Shown here piece by piece: positions 38,766 to 40,917 of a stretch of 40,917 nt of DNA. The notes beneath the pieces were generated by a model. The model was given only the letters and a program-made list of their open reading frames with translations. It searched no databases and was not told where the DNA came from. Numbering within the stretch: the first letter of the stretch is position 1; every line of letters begins with the position of its first letter. A program made the position numbers and the translations under genes. Source of the DNA: an uncultured Nitrososphaeria archaeon (GTDB lineage: Archaea; Thermoproteota; Nitrososphaeria_A; Caldarchaeales; Wolframiiraptoraceae); contig CAZKRR010000003.1 of the NCBI GenBank assembly GCA_964555135.1, positions 1 to 40,917 of the forward strand, read 5' to 3'.

Positions 38766-39141
38766 TCAATGACCACCTCCCTCCTCTTATGGGTTTTAGG
38801 AACACATCCTCTAGGGATAGCATCATAGTGTTTAGGCTTAAAATGCGTAGATTATTCCTTTTGGCATAATCCACTAGAAACTTTATTAGAATGGATCGAC
38901 TGTGTAAACGTGCACTTCATTACCTGCAAGCACAGCCCTGGTAATGCTTGGGTTTTCTGAAAATTCCTGCGTATTTACGATTTTGTTGAAGGCCACTTCA
39001 ATATATTGGAGCTCTATGGATTGTGCTCTGAGGTTTTCAGGGGTATCTATGGCCGCTATCTGCCCATGGTTTATTATAGTTATTCTGTGGCAAAGCTGGT
39101 TTGTCTCCTCCATGTTGTGAGTTGATAGGAAAACAGTTGTC
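38741..39141 (-). pseudogene. C-terminal fragment of a DrrA-like ABC ATPase
   Basis: TTVFLSTHNMEETNQLCHRITIINHGQIAAIDTPENLR ... ** ... SLEDVFL. The Walker A region is missing where the IS remnant begins. Confidence 0.8.
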
Positions 39142-39240
39142 CTATTCTATATATGTATGGCTGATATGAATGGACTTGCTATGTGGTGAGAAGCACCTCT
39201 CTAACCCTCCTAGAACTATTAGATAATCTAACGTCGTTAG

Positions 39241-39880
39241 ATGTATATACCGCAGCTCTATAGATGTAGTCTATTAGGGTATAGTAGGAGGCGCTGCGAT
39301 AAGACATTCAACGATAAGACTGGAACATCCATGCCTTACTCTAGGCTAACAATAGAAGAAATCGCATCGATACTACACCTAACAATAATACTTAGGACTC
39401 GGTTGAATACTTTTTCAAACTCTACTGACAGGTCGTATAAGACTATATTTAGAGTCTATAGGAGGTCTATATCTTCAGTTAAGGATTTAGAAGGCTTTCA
39501 AGAGTAGTCAAGCAGACGAACTATATGTCAATGCAGGTGTTAAGGTCTGTAGAGTCTAGATATGTTAGAAGAGCTGTAGGAGGAAATGTTGATAATGGAT
39601 CAAAAATATATAGACTCATACATAACCCTGAAAGAGCTAGGATATATGCATGAGATAGTAAACCATTCGATAAGAAAATATTCTAGAGAAGAAGTACATA
39701 TGAATAATTGTGAGAATAGAACGTCAAACCTAAGAATACTCTCTAATAGCTGGAAGAAGACTATCCAGGGAATGGATTGATATTCATCCCTAAAGCATTC
39801 CAACGATATAGAAGGCTTAGGAAGCCAACAAACAAGGAAGCCGTAAAAGAATTAGTAGAAACAAAACATAGGTTTAACCT
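39241..39880 (+). mobile_element. IS1595-family (ISH4-like) transposase remnant
   Basis: KTFNDKTGT, QADELYVNAGVK and HEIVNHS..YSREEVHMNNCENRTS: IS1595 motifs in broken frames. Confidence 0.8.
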
Positions 39881-39962
39881 TATACAGAAGCACGAAATGA
39901 AAATAGTCAAAGTAGTCGGGATGATTTAAAATTTAACAAGGAAATCTATCATTAGGCATCTT

Positions 39963-40318
39963 TTATAGAGCTAGTAAACCAATGTATTCTAGTTCTTCTA
40001 CAACTGGGTTTACTCTATAACCCATACTCTCTAGAGCTACCACTCCTAAGACTGCTGAATTTCCTTCTTCACCCATTACGACCTCAACAATCGCTTCAGC
40101 CTCTCTATATCTTACTCTAGCAGATGATATATTACGTTCAATTAATTCACCATTCATAGTCTTAAACTTCTTTTTCTCAACGGGTTCTAGACCTATTTTT
40201 TCTAGTATCTTCTTAGGTATCGAAGTAGTGTGGCTCCAGTATCAACTAGCAGTTCAACTTCTTCTCTTAAAAGCTTGATCAGGTTTTCTATAACTATCTT
40301 CACGTATGCTAAGCCCAC
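39963..40318 (-). pseudogene. Clan AA aspartic protease (COG5550-like), frameshifted just after the DTG motif
   Basis: MGLAYVKIVI...ELLVDTGATL, frameshift, TSIPKKILEKIG...AVLGVVALESMGYRVNP. Confidence 0.8.
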
Positions 40319-40405
40319 GGGCTTAAATCCTCTACTCATTAGATTATAATCCCAACTTAATAACATTACTACTATTGTTATCTGTGTGTTCAGTATATTG
40401 CTCTG

Positions 40406-40917
40406 CTAGAGTCTTTTATGGAAAAGTATATAATAGATAAGGTAAGCTCCATAAGATGCTGACGCTCCTCTATCAATTAGTGGATTCGCTTCTACAACAT
40501 CTAACCCGATGATTTTCTCTCTAAGTATCTTGTCAAGAAACTTGGTTATCTGTGTGTATGTTAAACCTCCAGGAGACGGATTAGATACTCCAATAATACC
40601 TTGCTGTTCTAGTATGTCTAAGTCTATGCTAACATAGATTTTCTCAGAATTTTTCAAGAAGCTATTAAATCTATCTGCTGCCTCATCAATATTCTTTTCT
40701 ATACTCTCAGCTGAGATAAGTAGATCAATGTTCTTTTCAGCATACTCTACCTCTTCTCTTGAGAAGTCTCTATATCCTACTACTGCTACTTTACCTGTCT
40801 TCTTCTCTAAGAATCTTCTAAGCCATGTTGCATGATTTATTCTTGTATCCATAAACTCGCTCCGTAAATCTAAATGTGCATCAAAGATTATTACCGTTGG
40901 CTCAACATGCTTGGCTA
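40406..40917 (-). CDS. speB: Agmatinase / arginase-family ureohydrolase (5' end outside the window)
   Basis: The frame upstream of 40852 reads VIIFDAHLDLR; then HATWLRR, VGYR, YVSIDLD, GVSNPSPGGL and GLDVVEANP. Confidence 0.85.
   Translation of the reverse strand, partial: AKHVEPTVIIFDAHLDLRSEFMDTRINHATWLRRFLEKKTGKVAVVGYRDFSREEVEYAEKNIDLLISAESIEKNIDEAADRFNSFLKNSEKIYVSIDLDILEQQGIIGVSNPSPGGLTYTQITKFLDKILREKIIGLDVVEANPLIDRGASASYGAYLIYYILFHKRL

Noticed and set aside
40406-40917. Functional link between agmatinase and the decarboxylase cluster
   Set aside because: They are about 25 kb apart, and agmatinase is a common housekeeping gene in archaea.
1-40917. CRISPR arrays, rRNA, tRNA, integrase or viral genes
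   Set aside because: No regularly spaced repeats, RNA-gene signatures or viral hallmark proteins were seen.

Overview
AT-rich archaeal genomic window, probably Thermoproteota/TACK. Evidence for this is a single TIP49/RuvB-like ATPase, an RNase HII with a PIP-box-like tail, an archaeal GH1, and BRE/TATA promoters about 25-30 nt before start codons. Left ~9.6 kb: a decaying accessory region with toxin-antitoxin remnants, a TnpB pseudogene, zinc-ribbon membrane proteins, and EamA and C-GCAxxG-C-C pseudogenes, plus an intact ornithine cyclodeaminase-family gene. 9.6-19.4 kb: a LIV-type ABC importer converging on a D-ornithine/D-lysine decarboxylase-like enzyme, an M28 peptidase and a YtcJ-type amidohydrolase. 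19.7-32 kb: a membrane alkaline-phosphatase-superfamily protein built like a GPI ethanolamine-phosphate transferase; a five-gene G3P-dehydrogenase / FGGY kinase / alkyl-DHAP-synthase-like operon; and GH4, MFS and GH1 genes. 32.4-34.4 kb: a nickel locus with a hydrogenase maturation protease, NikR, and two small, mutually similar membrane proteins transcribed divergently from a promoter carrying a GTAACA-N17-TGTTAC inverted repeat. This is the best candidate here for an undescribed system. 34.4-38 kb: housekeeping genes (MBL hydrolase, TIP49, rnhB, NTPase). Right end: decayed ABC exporter, IS1595 remnant, frameshifted aspartic protease and a partial agmatinase. No rRNA, tRNA or CRISPR array was seen. 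All family assignments come from motif recognition, not database searches.
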